Virus record (IMG/VR): IMGVR_UViG_3300009093_000038
Length of the DNA: 64,000 nucleotides
Source of the DNA: an uncultured virus (IMG/VR IMGVR_UViG_3300009093_000038)
Lineage: Duplodnaviria; Heunggongvirae; Uroviricota; Caudoviricetes
Reading direction: 5' to 3' (one strand)
In this document: piece by piece, positions 20,052 to 29,602 of the stretch
Layout of the letters: each line of letters starts with the position of its first letter
Position numbering within the stretch: the stretch's first letter is position 1
Notes under the pieces: generated by a model
Database searches by the model: none
The model's input: only the letters and a program-made list of their open reading frames with translations
What the model was told of the DNA's origin: nothing
Made by a program: the position numbers and the translations under genes

Positions 20052-21206
20052 CTAAACATCAACCTGGTTCCAGCCGGTCGGACCTTTTTTGAAGTAGTGC
20101 GCGAGATCGGGGCGCGCTTTAGCGACGGCCTCAGCGTACGGTTTGGGAAAATCGCGCAGGCTGAAATTGCTGCCAGGTGCGTGTCCTTCCTGGTTGTCGG
20201 CGTGCAGGGTGCCTTGGATGGGCTTATAGGTGATGAACAGATCGCGGATGTAAGGCCACAGGCGCGGGGACGGCTTCTGGTTTTTGCGGCCTTTCATTTC
20301 GCCGAGCTGGCCGTCCTTATGCAGGACGAACATGGCGTGGTGCTTCCATTTGGTGCCGTTGTTATCCAGCGGTTCAACCAATTCCAGAAGGGTGACGTTG
20401 CCTTTGGCGGCCACGTTGGCGCAGTGACCGGTCATGGCGGTATTTGACGGTGCTGTGCGATCATCCCGCATTTCGCTACAGTTACGGTGGAGATTGAACC
20501 AGCGCCAGCCGTTGGGGAATTCCAGGATGGTTTCGACTGGTCCTTCGTCGTCCCGCATGTCGTAAGGTCCTTCAGGAGTGGGGTAGGTTTTGATGAACTT
20601 CGCCTGGAAGCGCATCAGTTCCAGTTCACCGCGTCGGAACTGAGAAACGATCTCGCCGTAGGACTGCCGTAAAAATTGTAAACGATTTATGATGTTGTCC
20701 GGCGAACTCTCACCGTAGGTGGCCGCCACGTTCAGATAGTGCCCCAGGCGTTCGTTGATCGCGCTGATCGTGGAAAATCCAGAGTAGGGTGATTCCATGC
20801 CGTCATCATCATTTTCAGCAAACGGGCTGATGTCCACGTCATTGAGTTTTTGAATCTGGCGCTGGAGATCGCTTTGATCCGGTGCCGGAGGCGCGCCGAA
20901 CTTGCGTTCGAAAAGGTGCGCTTCGTTCTCAGTCATCCACAACAGTTGAGCCAGGAGTGATTTTTTGTAAAACCTGAGCGCCCAGATGATGCGATCCTCA
21001 CGTTTGAGCGTGCGGCGGGTCTCATCAACCTTGCGGGCGACATCCGGGTCTAGCTGAGTGACTTTGACGCGCTGCCCGTTGGCAAGCGGTACCGAGATCG
21101 AGTCGATCATCGGCAGATACTTGTCCGCAGCTTCGCAGATAAACAGGAACGCATGGACACCGGTGGTGTTTATGACGTTCTCAACGATTTGGCCAGCACT
21201 TGGCAT
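20052..21206 (-). CDS. Hypothetical protein with PcfJ-like C-terminal domain
   Basis: MTGHCA and EMKGRKNQKP motifs; GTAGTTA upstream. Confidence 0.5.
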   Translation of the reverse strand: MPSAGQIVENVINTTGVHAFLFICEAADKYLPMIDSISVPLANGQRVKVTQLDPDVARKVDETRRTLKREDRIIWALRFYKKSLLAQLLWMTENEAHLFERKFGAPPAPDQSDLQRQIQKLNDVDISPFAENDDDGMESPYSGFSTISAINERLGHYLNVAATYGESSPDNIINRLQFLRQSYGEIVSQFRRGELELMRFQAKFIKTYPTPEGPYDMRDDEGPVETILEFPNGWRWFNLHRNCSEMRDDRTAPSNTAMTGHCANVAAKGNVTLLELVEPLDNNGTKWKHHAMFVLHKDGQLGEMKGRKNQKPSPRLWPYIRDLFITYKPIQGTLHADNQEGHAPGSNFSLRDFPKPYAEAVAKARPDLAHYFKKGPTGWNQVDV

Positions 21207-21275
21207 GTCTGCTGGTAACTACCACGAAGCCAACGGCCCTCCCAGAAAAATCCAGGAGGGCCGGTTTCACGGAGG

Positions 21276-21848
21276 TTACCGAATTAGGAACGGGTCCCAC
21301 TCGGGCCGGTCAGCGCGTGGCTCGATCAGCAGGGTAGCCGGGACTTCACGCAGGGCCTTGGGCTTGCGCACAAGCTTCAGACCAGCTTCCTCGGGCGTTT
21401 TGTTCGCCTTGATCTGGTTGATCTTCTTGTCGCACCAGGCCAGGTTTTCCCAGGTGGACTGGCCGCCGCGTGACTGCGGGATGACGTGGTCCAGATTGCC
21501 TTCGCCGGGTCCGAGCAGCCGGTTGGTGTACTGACACCGGTTACCGTCGCGCTTCTTCACGTTCGCCGTGGTGAGCTTCGGCGTCTTCTTCGGCATCCGG
21601 GCGAAAGTGACGCAAGCGATCACGGTTGGAACGCGGACCGGCCCGCGAGTTGTGCCCACAGACCGGTCCCCTTCCCGGATCGGCAAAGTGCGCCATTCGT
21701 CGAAAGTCACCGGTCGCATGGAGTCGGTGTCAATCGCCGTAGCCACGCCACGCACGAGATTGCAGAAGGCCGTCTCGACATTCATCGTGTCGATGGCCTG
21801 CCAGTTCTTGTTCAGAACGAGTACGCTCTCAGTCAGTACGCTGTTCAT
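21276..21848 (-). CDS. HNH endonuclease
   Basis: VLVLN N-terminus; RDGNRCQY, LDHVIPQSRGG, WENL, NQIKANKTP. Confidence 0.92.
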   Translation of the reverse strand: MNSVLTESVLVLNKNWQAIDTMNVETAFCNLVRGVATAIDTDSMRPVTFDEWRTLPIREGDRSVGTTRGPVRVPTVIACVTFARMPKKTPKLTTANVKKRDGNRCQYTNRLLGPGEGNLDHVIPQSRGGQSTWENLAWCDKKINQIKANKTPEEAGLKLVRKPKALREVPATLLIEPRADRPEWDPFLIR

Positions 21849-22036
21849 AAATTATTCAGATCAATTACGATGTGCTCCACCGGCTTTGGGAGTACGATCG
21901 CGCTCTCGATCACCAGGACGCCGTCTTCGTCCACGCTGAAGGTCCGTTTGACCTCCTTTGCTCCGTGCTGCTCGCAGACGCCTCTGATAAGCGCATCGAC
22001 CATCGCGGCTTCTAACTGTTCGGGCGCGTTTCCCAT
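21845..22036 (-). CDS. Hypothetical protein
   Basis: 63-aa ORF translationally coupled to the HNH gene. Confidence 0.5.
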   Translation of the reverse strand: MGNAPEQLEAAMVDALIRGVCEQHGAKEVKRTFSVDEDGVLVIESAIVLPKPVEHIVIDLNNL

Positions 22037-22058
22037 GGTGTACGTTCTTTGTTGAAAT
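22035..22058 (+). repeat. 24-bp inverted repeat, copy 1
   Basis: ATGGTGTACGTTCTTTGTTGAAAT; exact reverse complement at 45211..45234. Confidence 0.85.
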
Positions 22059-22363
22059 TAGTTTGGAGCAGGTTTTCCCTGCTCTTTCCGCAAAGCTCTT
22101 AAAGCCTGGTCGGTGCTCAAAAACAGTTTGCCTTTCTTTCTGCCTGCCTTCGGCGGCCTGCGCCAATACCAGGACATGATTTCGTCATTCTTGCCTACCG
22201 CGTGGGAGGTCCAGCCCGATAGCCAAAGTTCAATGGCTTTGTCGAGATAGCCGTCCTCTCGTTCTTCCCGGATGTCGTCAGAGAGCTTTCTTAGAGCTTC
22301 CTTATCGACTTTGTTCCCCTGGAACAACTTCCTTCTCAGTTCCTCTCGTTCCTCTGGTGTCAT
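22058..22363 (-). CDS. Hypothetical protein
   Basis: 101-aa ORF. Confidence 0.55.
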   Translation of the reverse strand: MTPEEREELRRKLFQGNKVDKEALRKLSDDIREEREDGYLDKAIELWLSGWTSHAVGKNDEIMSWYWRRPPKAGRKKGKLFLSTDQALRALRKEQGKPAPN

Positions 22364-22441
22364 GCAGCATTACCCATAATCACTGCCCCATTTCAGCACA
22401 GGGCTATTAGTAATAACAGAACTGGTTTTCGTAAACAAAAA

Positions 22442-22516
22442 TGGCAGCCTGCTCCGGTTATGCTCCGGCTCCTCTCGGGTCAAAGCCGAGTGCGCTACTG
22501 ATTACGCTATCAGGCC
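22442..22516 (-). tRNA. tRNA-Gln(TTG)
   Basis: Cloverleaf; CTCGG-CTTTGAC-CCGAG arm; encoded CCA. Confidence 0.85.
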
Positions 22517-22615
22517 AAAAAGTACGGATAGCATTGAGTATCTAATTCTGCTGTCTTATAGGGACTGCACAAAAACTAATAACCTACTCAATGCAGTAAA
22601 AACAAAGGGAAAAAC

Positions 22616-23452
22616 ATGAAAGAAAAACTAATCACGTTCGCATCAGCCATCACGCTGTTCGCGGGAATACTCGTCTCAACCGCTCAACCAGTTCCGTGCC
22701 CGGATTGTCCTCCGTGTACGAACTGTCCACCGTACACAAATAATTTTACACCGGCTGAATTTCCAACAAATGCGCTGTTGGTTCGGCAGGCTCAGATCAT
22801 AACGGACGGTACTGTGATCTATGCCGGGAATCCTTGGATACTCGACACGAACAACCTTTTGATGAGCGGCGGAGGTAACTGGACAAGCAACTCACCGACC
22901 AGCACAAATTGGACATACGTCCTGGCCGTAACGAATACGCTACCGGACAGAGTTTACACTATCGAGTACCGGTCGAGCCTAGCTATCACCGGCACAAATA
23001 TAACCGGCTACTTTATCGGGTCTTCAAACGGTATGGAGCTGTTTTTCACCAACACCGTGCCGGGTTTGATAAACAGCGGTTTTTGGCTGGTTGACCAGCA
23101 GCCGGGATTTATTTCTTACGGGATCGGAGCCAGCCGGGCACAGGGCATGGGTCAATTTTTCGGCTGTCCTGGAGCTTATGTTGGTTTCATCGACTTCACG
23201 AATTGGCCGAATACGAAGCGTTTTTATGAAGTCGATACGAACTACGCCACTCATTCAGTGACCGACTTCTATCGTCCCACGAACCACATCCAGCTTTTTT
23301 ATCCCAACGGCGTGGACTGTGCGGTGGGAACAGCCAGCGTGTCGGTGCCAGGAGATTACACGGCGTGGCCATCGGTTTATTTTTTCAACAATTATCCGAC
23401 GAACAAATCGTACTACCTCTGGTTTCAGGGGTTTGTTGAACCCGCTCCGTAA
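22616..23452 (+). CDS. Secreted Thr/Asn-rich hypothetical protein
   Basis: Signal peptide, CPDCPPCTNCPP stretch, followed by a terminator. Confidence 0.7.
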   Translation: MKEKLITFASAITLFAGILVSTAQPVPCPDCPPCTNCPPYTNNFTPAEFPTNALLVRQAQIITDGTVIYAGNPWILDTNNLLMSGGGNWTSNSPTSTNWTYVLAVTNTLPDRVYTIEYRSSLAITGTNITGYFIGSSNGMELFFTNTVPGLINSGFWLVDQQPGFISYGIGASRAQGMGQFFGCPGAYVGFIDFTNWPNTKRFYEVDTNYATHSVTDFYRPTNHIQLFYPNGVDCAVGTASVSVPGDYTAWPSVYFFNNYPTNKSYYLWFQGFVEPAP

Positions 23453-23468
23453 GCGAAACTTTTTCATC

Positions 23469-23499
23469 AACCGACCGGTCGCAAGCCGGTCGGTTTTTT
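23469..23499 (+). terminator. Intrinsic terminator
   Basis: AACCGACCGG-tcgcaag-CCGGTCGGTT plus T-run. Confidence 0.8.
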
Positions 23500-23510
23500 A
23501 TTTTTCAAAT

Positions 23511-23587
23511 TGGTGCCACCCGTGGGATTTGCACCCACTCCCGCCCGGTTAAAAGCCGGATGCTGCATCTATATGAGCTTCGGTGGC
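23511..23587 (-). tRNA. tRNA-Lys(TTT)
   Basis: Anticodon loop CTTTTAA; CCA. Confidence 0.85.
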
Positions 23588-23605
23588 AAAGAAAGTATGT
23601 AGAGC

Positions 23606-24364
23606 ATGAGCAGAAGCGTTAAGTATTACGGCTGGAGGCCAGACGTTCCAGATCATCGCGATTTTCATTACGGCGCTGTCCTTCACGCGGCGGAACAGCT
23701 TCCCATCCCGGACCAGATTGATCTGCGCCCGCTCATGCCGCCAGTTCAAGATCAGGGGGATATTGGTTCCTGCACTGCGCACGCGACAGTGGCCGTCCTG
23801 GAGCATAATATGATCGTGCAGCAGAGGCCGTTCTCCTCTCGGTCGCGCCTGTTCGCCTATTTCAATGCCAGGGCCGCCGAAGGCGCTGAGTCTGGTGACA
23901 ACGGGGCGACGTTGCGTGACATGGTGAGCAGTTTGGCGAGCACAGGCATCTGTGACGAGGACTTGTGGCCGTATGACGTGAGCCAGGTCTTGACCAAGCC
24001 GGTCGATACCTGCTACACGGCGGCGTCTCCGAATAAGATTCGTCTTTATGCGCGCCTGAACTCGCTCGATGACATGCTCGTGTGCCTGGCGGCAGGATTT
24101 CCCTTTATCTTTGGATTCACTGTTTACGAAAAGTTCGAATCCGATGAAGTTGCTCAGAGCGGTATTCTCAGCATTCCGACGTTGGATGAAGCATCGGTCG
24201 GCGGCCACGCTGTCTGCGCGGTTGGGTACGATCGTACCAAGAACATGCTGCTCGTGCGAAATTCCTGGGGTCCTGCGTGGGGCCAGCAGGGCTATTTTTG
24301 GATGCCGTTCGCCTACGCGACAAATCGGAATTTGTCCGATGACTTCTGGACGATCCGGTTGTGA
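23606..24364 (+). CDS. C1 family (papain-like) cysteine protease
   Basis: QGDIGSCTAHA, GGHAV, VRNSWG catalytic motifs. Confidence 0.93.
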   Translation: MSRSVKYYGWRPDVPDHRDFHYGAVLHAAEQLPIPDQIDLRPLMPPVQDQGDIGSCTAHATVAVLEHNMIVQQRPFSSRSRLFAYFNARAAEGAESGDNGATLRDMVSSLASTGICDEDLWPYDVSQVLTKPVDTCYTAASPNKIRLYARLNSLDDMLVCLAAGFPFIFGFTVYEKFESDEVAQSGILSIPTLDEASVGGHAVCAVGYDRTKNMLLVRNSWGPAWGQQGYFWMPFAYATNRNLSDDFWTIRL

Positions 24365-24366
24365 AA

Positions 24367-24450
24367 TGGTGCGCGGAGAGGGAATTGCACCCTCAAGGCT
24401 GACAGGCTCTCGACCTGTACCGTCTTCTATTCCGGTTTAACCACCCGCGC
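24367..24450 (-). tRNA. Atypical tRNA-Leu(GAG)
   Basis: Acceptor and T arm intact, loop TCGAGAG, extra helix, no long variable arm. Confidence 0.7.
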
Positions 24451-24451
24451 A

Positions 24452-24528
24452 TGGTGGACTCGCTCGGGATTGCACCGAGAACCCCCGGCTTATGAGGCCG
24501 ACGCTCTGGCTGGTTGAGCTACGAGTCC
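24452..24528 (-). tRNA. tRNA-CAT (Ile2 or Met)
   Basis: Loop CTCATAA; GGACTCG acceptor is Ile2-like. Confidence 0.85.
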
Positions 24529-24546
24529 TAAATTGTTCTAACCTGC

Positions 24547-25293
24547 ATGAATTTACTCGGTGTTGACGTAGGATTTTCTAAAACGCAGAAAAGCACGGGC
24601 GTTGCTGTTTTCCACAACGACGAGCTGACGGTCTATCGCGCCAACTCCACCTGGGAGGATCGGAAATCCCAACTGCCTGTTGATTTCGTTCCAGAGGCGA
24701 TTGCGATTGATGGGCCTTTACTTCCTGATCTCGTCTTGACGGAATCTGTGCGCCCGTGCGAGCAATTCTTTTCACGCGGCCTGTTTTGCAAGCGGTGTAA
24801 GCCAGGTCTCAGCCACTTTGGAACTGGTTACAGCCTGCGCAGTGCGGCCTTTGATGCCGTCCATCAGTTTGCCGGGCACTGCTACGGTCCAGACTTTCGC
24901 CTGGGTCACGAGATTGCCGAAGCGTTCCCGAACCTTTTTCTCGGAGTCATGGTGGAGGACGGCTGCTATCGGGCGATGCCGAAATTGATTCGCGGCCAGA
25001 AGTTCGACTGGCTTTACGACAACTGTTTGAAAAAGCTCGACCAGCTTCGTGAGTTCGTTCCGCTCACAGAAAAAGTTTACAGTCAGATTCAGGTTGAGAA
25101 CGACCATGAGATGCGCGCCGCCTTGGTTTGCCTGTTGACGGCAGGGCTGGCCGCCAAGAAAACGGCAGTGCGCGCCGGGTGCGATCTCGGCGGTTGGTTT
25201 TGGCTGCCGCCTATGCCGCTATGGGAGCCGTGGGCGATTGAAGCGGCGGAGGCGAACTTTGGGTCATTGCCTCAACCTGCTTCCTCGGAATGA
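24547..25293 (+). CDS. DUF429-like (RNase H-fold) putative nuclease
   Basis: LLGVDVG, IAIDGPL, R..E, AEAFP motifs. Confidence 0.7.
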   Translation: MNLLGVDVGFSKTQKSTGVAVFHNDELTVYRANSTWEDRKSQLPVDFVPEAIAIDGPLLPDLVLTESVRPCEQFFSRGLFCKRCKPGLSHFGTGYSLRSAAFDAVHQFAGHCYGPDFRLGHEIAEAFPNLFLGVMVEDGCYRAMPKLIRGQKFDWLYDNCLKKLDQLREFVPLTEKVYSQIQVENDHEMRAALVCLLTAGLAAKKTAVRAGCDLGGWFWLPPMPLWEPWAIEAAEANFGSLPQPASSE

Positions 25294-25465
25294 TGCACCA
25301 GTCAAGCCCTGGGAATTGAACGGCCACGAACGGGCTGGCCGGATCAGACTTGATCCCTGGGAATTTGATCATCACAACGGAGACCGAAACCAGCTCGCCG
25401 ACCGTGCCCTTTGGCACCAGCGTATCGCCGATCTTGATGGGATATTTTGCTCGGACCTGTTGCAT
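25211..25465 (-). CDS. Small hypothetical protein
   Basis: ATG right after tRNA-Ser; beta-rich sequence; 3' end overlaps the DUF429-like gene. Confidence 0.35.
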   Translation of the reverse strand: MQQVRAKYPIKIGDTLVPKGTVGELVSVSVVMIKFPGIKSDPASPFVAVQFPGLDWCIIPRKQVEAMTQSSPPPLQSPTAPIAA

Positions 25466-25470
25466 AGAAA

Positions 25471-25559
25471 TGGCGGCGGGCGCAGGCTTCGCTCCTGCGT
25501 CGGTGTTACCCGGACTCTCTTTAGCAAAGAGGCACATTACTGGACTCTGTCAGCCCGCC
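25471..25559 (-). tRNA. tRNA-Ser(GCT)
   Basis: Loop TTGCTAA, long variable arm, G73, CCA. Confidence 0.88.
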
Positions 25560-25606
25560 AATTACTAACGAACTACTAATTTGGTATCAATTAGTAGCAA
25601 ATTGAT

Positions 25607-25648
25607 AGTTGGGGAAGAACTCCCGCTCGCGCAGGGTCTTCCCCAACT
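25607..25648 (-). terminator. Stem-loop directly after the Ro60 stop codon
   Basis: AGTTGGGGAAGA...TCTTCCCCAACT inverted repeat; no clear U-tract. Confidence 0.45.
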
Positions 25649-25652
25649 TTGA

Positions 25653-27302
25653 TTAGATGTCACCGCGACAGAAGTCAGCGATGAGCGACGGCGTGGAGGC
25701 GTCGAAACCTACCACGTCGAGCGAACCGGAGTCGTTCGGGTCCGCGATGGTGAACGCGTTGGCCACCATGCCGACTACGACCGAGCGCGCAGCGTTGCCG
25801 CTGGTGCTGCGGTACCGGTTGAGTTCCTGAGCCGGGTGGCTCGAACCCGCGTAGGTCTCGCTGTCGGTCGTTACGACGAACGCGCCGACATCAGCCTTGT
25901 TCTCCCGCGCCCAAACGAACGGGAGCGAGCAGTCGGTGCCTCCGCCGTTGATGCTGTCAGTGAACTTCATGGCGTCCACGAGGCTCATATTCTTGCGAAT
26001 CTTCAGCTCGCGGAAGCCCGTGTCGAAGGCCATCACGTGGATGTTGTCTTCGATGTTCAGGTGGACGAGGGCCAGTGCCGTCTCGGCCTCGCAGCACGAG
26101 AGACACGTTCCCGCCATCTTCTGGGTCATCGAGGCGGACACGTCCAGGCCGAACAGCATCGGCTTGCCGACCGGCTGCACGTTACCGAAGCTGGCGTAGA
26201 ACGCCTGCTCCAGCGCGGCCACGACGGATTGATCTGCTTCCCAGGTCAGCTTGCCCTTCTCGCCGTGCCCCTGGTTGTACACCTTGGAGGCGATCAGGAA
26301 CTGGATCGGATGCACGCGGGACTTCTTCAGCCACTCGGTGTCCTTCAGCTTCTGAACCAGCGACCGGGACGCCTGGGACAGCGGCTTCACGAGACCGACC
26401 GCCGTCATCTTGCCCAGGTTACGGATCATGGCCGTCGCAGGCATCTCTGCCAGCAGCGCTTCCCAGACCTTCACGCTGTTTAGATGCTGCGTCGGAATCG
26501 CTTCGCGGGGCAGGTCGTGCTCCGTGATGAGTGTGATCAGGCGCTTCTCGTCACAGCTCTTGGCTTCCTCGAAGGCTTCGATCAGCTTCGGCAGGCTGTC
26601 CTTGACGGACTCGAAGTTGCGGTCCTTCGGCTCCTTGCCGGGCTGCTTGCGGCCCTTGACGGTGCGGTCACCGAGCGCGTCCTTGCCGCCGACCATCCAG
26701 CGGAAGACTGCGTCCTGGACCTTGTCGTCCGTGCGCGGGTGTGCCAGGCGCAGGAGGTCGGCGTGCGACCATCCATCACGCTGCTGGTATTTGACTGCCT
26801 GCATCGCGAGCTGGTCCACCTTCTTGGAAGTGTACCAGTTGCCCACGGCGCGGCAGAGACCACGGCCCCATCCCCGCTGAGAATTCACATACTGAGCGAA
26901 GTGGAACAGGTGAGTGCCGATGCGTGCGACCTTCGGCAGCGACTCCAGGGCGAATTTCCGCGTTTCCTCGTCCTTGTCCGCGCAGGCCATGGCGAGCGCG
27001 AAAAGAGCAGCTTCATTGCGGTAGGCCAGACCCTTGTCAGAAACTTCGACGATCATCTCGACCGTCTTGCGGCCATTGGCCTTCAGACAGCGCTTGATCA
27101 CGTCGTGGTTTTCCTTCAGGAGGTCCTTCTCCTGGATGTAGTAAGTTCCGCCCTCGGAGCCGAGGATCAGGAACCGGCGAAGACGACCCCAGTCATCGAG
27201 CGCCCAGGAGAATCCGCCTGCGGAGTTCTTGACCTGGTTCGAGTCGGGGATCGGTTCAGTCTGCGGCGTGCGCCGCTTATTCGGTACAGAGTACACTGCC
27301 AT
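25653..27302 (-). CDS. rsr: Ro60 / TROVE-domain RNA-binding protein
   Basis: NSAGGF, RFLILGSEGGTYY, GWGRGLCRAV, KYQQRDGWSHADLLRLAHP, TAMIRNLGKMT, DVSASM vWA MIDAS, GGTDC, DVVGFD. Confidence 0.97.
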   Translation of the reverse strand: MAVYSVPNKRRTPQTEPIPDSNQVKNSAGGFSWALDDWGRLRRFLILGSEGGTYYIQEKDLLKENHDVIKRCLKANGRKTVEMIVEVSDKGLAYRNEAALFALAMACADKDEETRKFALESLPKVARIGTHLFHFAQYVNSQRGWGRGLCRAVGNWYTSKKVDQLAMQAVKYQQRDGWSHADLLRLAHPRTDDKVQDAVFRWMVGGKDALGDRTVKGRKQPGKEPKDRNFESVKDSLPKLIEAFEEAKSCDEKRLITLITEHDLPREAIPTQHLNSVKVWEALLAEMPATAMIRNLGKMTAVGLVKPLSQASRSLVQKLKDTEWLKKSRVHPIQFLIASKVYNQGHGEKGKLTWEADQSVVAALEQAFYASFGNVQPVGKPMLFGLDVSASMTQKMAGTCLSCCEAETALALVHLNIEDNIHVMAFDTGFRELKIRKNMSLVDAMKFTDSINGGGTDCSLPFVWARENKADVGAFVVTTDSETYAGSSHPAQELNRYRSTSGNAARSVVVGMVANAFTIADPNDSGSLDVVGFDASTPSLIADFCRGDI

Positions 27303-27448
27303 TTGATACGCACAGGCGCGCCCCAACTAAGGCACGTTACTGGATTTTCACCATTGGCCGCTGCGGGCGACCTGTTTTCTCACTGCATGACGAATAAGTT
27401 GGCGAACCATCCTCCTCCTCACTAAAGGCGGTGGTTAAGTCCGATTCG

Positions 27449-27673
27449 TCACTTCAAAAGTTCTGGATCGACAAAGACGATGCTGCGACCGTCCTGGCCG
27501 ATCTGAAGATGGCGGGTTGTGTTCCCCTCCGTAATGGAAATGGTTTTGTCGCCGAGGACGACGCTGCCTGGTGCCAGGTTCAACTCACGGGCGATCTTGT
27601 TCGCGGAGTCAGCGGTTGTCGGTTTGAAAATGTTGTCGAGGATTACGGTCTCGATCTCGGTTTTACTTAACAT
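27449..27673 (-). CDS. Small hypothetical protein
   Basis: 74-aa ORF coupled to the upstream ORF; strand chosen from operon context. Confidence 0.45.
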   Translation of the reverse strand: MLSKTEIETVILDNIFKPTTADSANKIARELNLAPGSVVLGDKTISITEGNTTRHLQIGQDGRSIVFVDPELLK

Positions 27674-27875
27674 ATTCTTTGAGCTTCGAAAAGGTTTCGT
27701 TGGTCATCAGCAGCACTTCCTGTGTCTGCCAGTCAATAGTAGAACCGGAAATCGGATGGTCTTCTCGCGAAATGTTTCCGGGAGAAAAATCCACCTTGGC
27801 CGTGAAATCCACCCGGAAGTTCGCGCACTGTGGCGGAAGCTGATCCAGGAGTTTTTTCAGATCGGTCACAGTCAT
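27663..27875 (-). CDS. Small hypothetical protein
   Basis: MTVTDLKKLLDQLP phage-type N-terminus. Confidence 0.55.
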   Translation of the reverse strand: MTVTDLKKLLDQLPPQCANFRVDFTAKVDFSPGNISREDHPISGSTIDWQTQEVLLMTNETFSKLKEYVK

Positions 27876-27883
27876 AAAAAATC

Positions 27884-28027
27884 GCGGGCAAGTTATTAGA
27901 GTCGGAAATCTCCCTTACGGGAGACCGCTGCTCTGCCAGTTGAGCTAACCCCGCCGAGTTTGGGCGGAGTCCTGGAATCGAACCAGGAACCAACGGTTTG
28001 ATAGATAACCAACTACATTCGGCCCGC
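27884..28027 (-). ncRNA. yrlA: Y RNA, YrlA-like (Ro stem plus permuted T-arm/acceptor/D-arm module)
   Basis: GCGGGCCGA...CTTGCCCGC bulged-C stem; GGTTCGATTCC precedes TAGCTCAACTGGCAGAGC. Confidence 0.88.
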
Positions 28028-28341
28028 TAAATTGATGCGCCACGAAGGCGTTCGAGGCGGGGATCGCCGCCACCCGAGCGATAAATCTCGCTTCCAGGGA
28101 TTTCGCTTACGCTGTCGTCTTCATTGGTGATTGTCAGGACCATGCTGTCCTCGTCCCAGGTCCAGCCTTTATCACCGCAGCCTGCGGAGTTGTTGGCGTC
28201 TCGAACCCATTTGGCGATACCGGCTAGTTCCGAGTTCGGGTCTGGTTCCAGGCTGCCCTCAACGCTTTTAGTCAGATCGTCTTCACCAGGAAGATCAGTT
28301 TCCAGCACAAAGCGAACGATTCGATTGATTTCTCCGCGCAC
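28027..28341 (-). CDS. Hypothetical acidic protein
   Basis: GTG start after GTAGTTA; WTWDE segment resembles WDWDG in 49912..50742. Confidence 0.55.
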   Translation of the reverse strand: MRGEINRIVRFVLETDLPGEDDLTKSVEGSLEPDPNSELAGIAKWVRDANNSAGCGDKGWTWDEDSMVLTITNEDDSVSEIPGSEIYRSGGGDPRLERLRGASI

Positions 28342-28351
28342 GATTTAACTA

Positions 28352-28536
28352 CTGGCAAACAAGTGGTGAAAAGGGATCGGTTGTTATGGCCTTCCTTACG
28401 GGACCCTCACGGGTTTGCCGCAGTCGAAACGAGTCCTCATTCTCAGAGAGAACTTTGGACGCTCCCTATGCCCTGTCGCCAGGTGGTCAGTACCTTAGGG
28501 CCGTTATATGGATAACCCTCATCATCGGCTCGCCAG
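28352..28536 (-). ncRNA. Y-like RNA with multi-GNRA-hairpin domain
   Basis: CTGGCGAGCCGA...GGTTATC...CTTGTTTGCCAG; internal GCGA, GTGA and GTAA hairpins. Confidence 0.75.
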
Positions 28537-28540
28537 AAAT

Positions 28541-28953
28541 TGGTGGAGATGGCGGGAGTTGAACCCGCGTCCTTGGCGCTAATGCCAGCTACCACTACAC
28601 GCTTATCCGGTCTTTAGAGCAGTCTGGACAGTCCCGGATTCTGTTAATCCAAACAGGCTCGGTTCTTCGTCCCGAAAAGAAGCGCCGATTTGTCCGCTCG
28701 GCACCCACACTTGACCTGCTGTTGCGTTCATCCACCGTAGCAGGAGTCCAGCGGTGAACGTCGAAGCATTTAAGCTACGAGGTCGGCTTCAACATAGCCG
28801 AACTGAGCAAGGATCGCGTCAGCTTCGGCCAGGGAAGGAGCCATTTCATTTGCGTTAGCATTTGAGTTTTGATGAGAGGATTAACGTGGCCAACCCATCA
28901 TCCACGGCGTGCGGTTTCAGTCACTAACACTAAGTCGAAACCAGTACATCCCC
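28541..28953 (-). ncRNA. ssrA: tmRNA
   Basis: 5' GGGGATGTACTGGTTTCGAC; 3' GGGTTCAACTCCCGCCATCTCCACCA; G3-U70; tag ORF 28859..28770. Confidence 0.95.
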
Positions 28954-29155
28954 ACAAAGATTCAAAGATCAAAAATAAACCACCGCCCTCCGGCCTCATG
29001 CGCCTCCACCCCTGAAAGTCACGCAGGCCGAGTGACGGCGGAAGTTCAAAATCGGTTGCCGCCAGCAAGTCCGTGGAAAAAACCCGCTGCGCCGATTTTT
29101 CGTCCACGGTCTTTCGGCGGGCTACTCATACGTGTCACCACGGCTAATCGAAAAC

Positions 29156-29215
29156 GGCGGGCAAGTAGTTGATGCAGGGGTTTATTCCAAGATAACCCTG
29201 CGCCTTCGGCCCACC
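29156..29215 (-). ncRNA. Minimal Y-like RNA (about 60 nt)
   Basis: GGTGGGCCGA...GGGTTATC...CTTGCCCGCC. Confidence 0.75.
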
Positions 29216-29355
29216 TAAAACAGGGCAGCTTTCGCCGCCTCCACCATCTGGTGAATGCACCAGAACAACTCAGAGAGGAAAGGGACTGTCATTGGACCTT
29301 ACCGCTTAGCGCCAGTCACCTTCATCCGGTCGCATGGGACTTCCCTCTGAGAAAT

Positions 29356-29432
29356 TGGTAGCGGGGGTTGGATTTTAACCAACGACCTCCAGGTTATGAG
29401 CCTAGCGAGCTAACAGGCTGCTCCACCCCGCA
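29356..29432 (-). tRNA. Initiator-like tRNA-fMet(CAT)
   Basis: TGCGGGGTGGAGCAGCC 5' end, 1-72 mismatch, loop CTCATAA. Confidence 0.88.
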
Positions 29433-29459
29433 GTCCAGAAATTCAATGAACTGCCAATA

Positions 29460-29487
29460 CATCTAGCAGGAAGGAAAAAGGTGTCAA
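29460..29487 (-). promoter_or_regulatory. Possible internal sigma70 promoter for the fMet/tmRNA/Y RNA/Ro60 block
   Basis: TTGACA-N16-TAGATG; weak -10 element. Confidence 0.4.
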
Positions 29488-29517
29488 CTTATTTTGTAAA
29501 CCTTTTCCAGTTTGAAA

Positions 29518-29601
29518 TGGTCGCGGTCGAGAGAATTGCACTCTCAAGGCTCACTGTTTTTGAAACAGGCCCCTCTGCTGTTCGGGGTAAACCAGACCGC
29601 G
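29518..29601 (-). tRNA. Atypical tRNA-Leu(CAA)
   Basis: Loop TTCAAAA; extra GGTTTA/TGAGCC helix; CCA. Confidence 0.7.
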
Positions 29602-29602
29602 T

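Noticed and set aside
28400..28450. Hammerhead-like CGAAAC...GTC, and GGCAAACC reminiscent of a c-di-GMP-I riboswitch, inside the Y-like RNA
   Set aside because: No CTGANGA core on the same strand and no second riboswitch stem; better explained as GNRA hairpins
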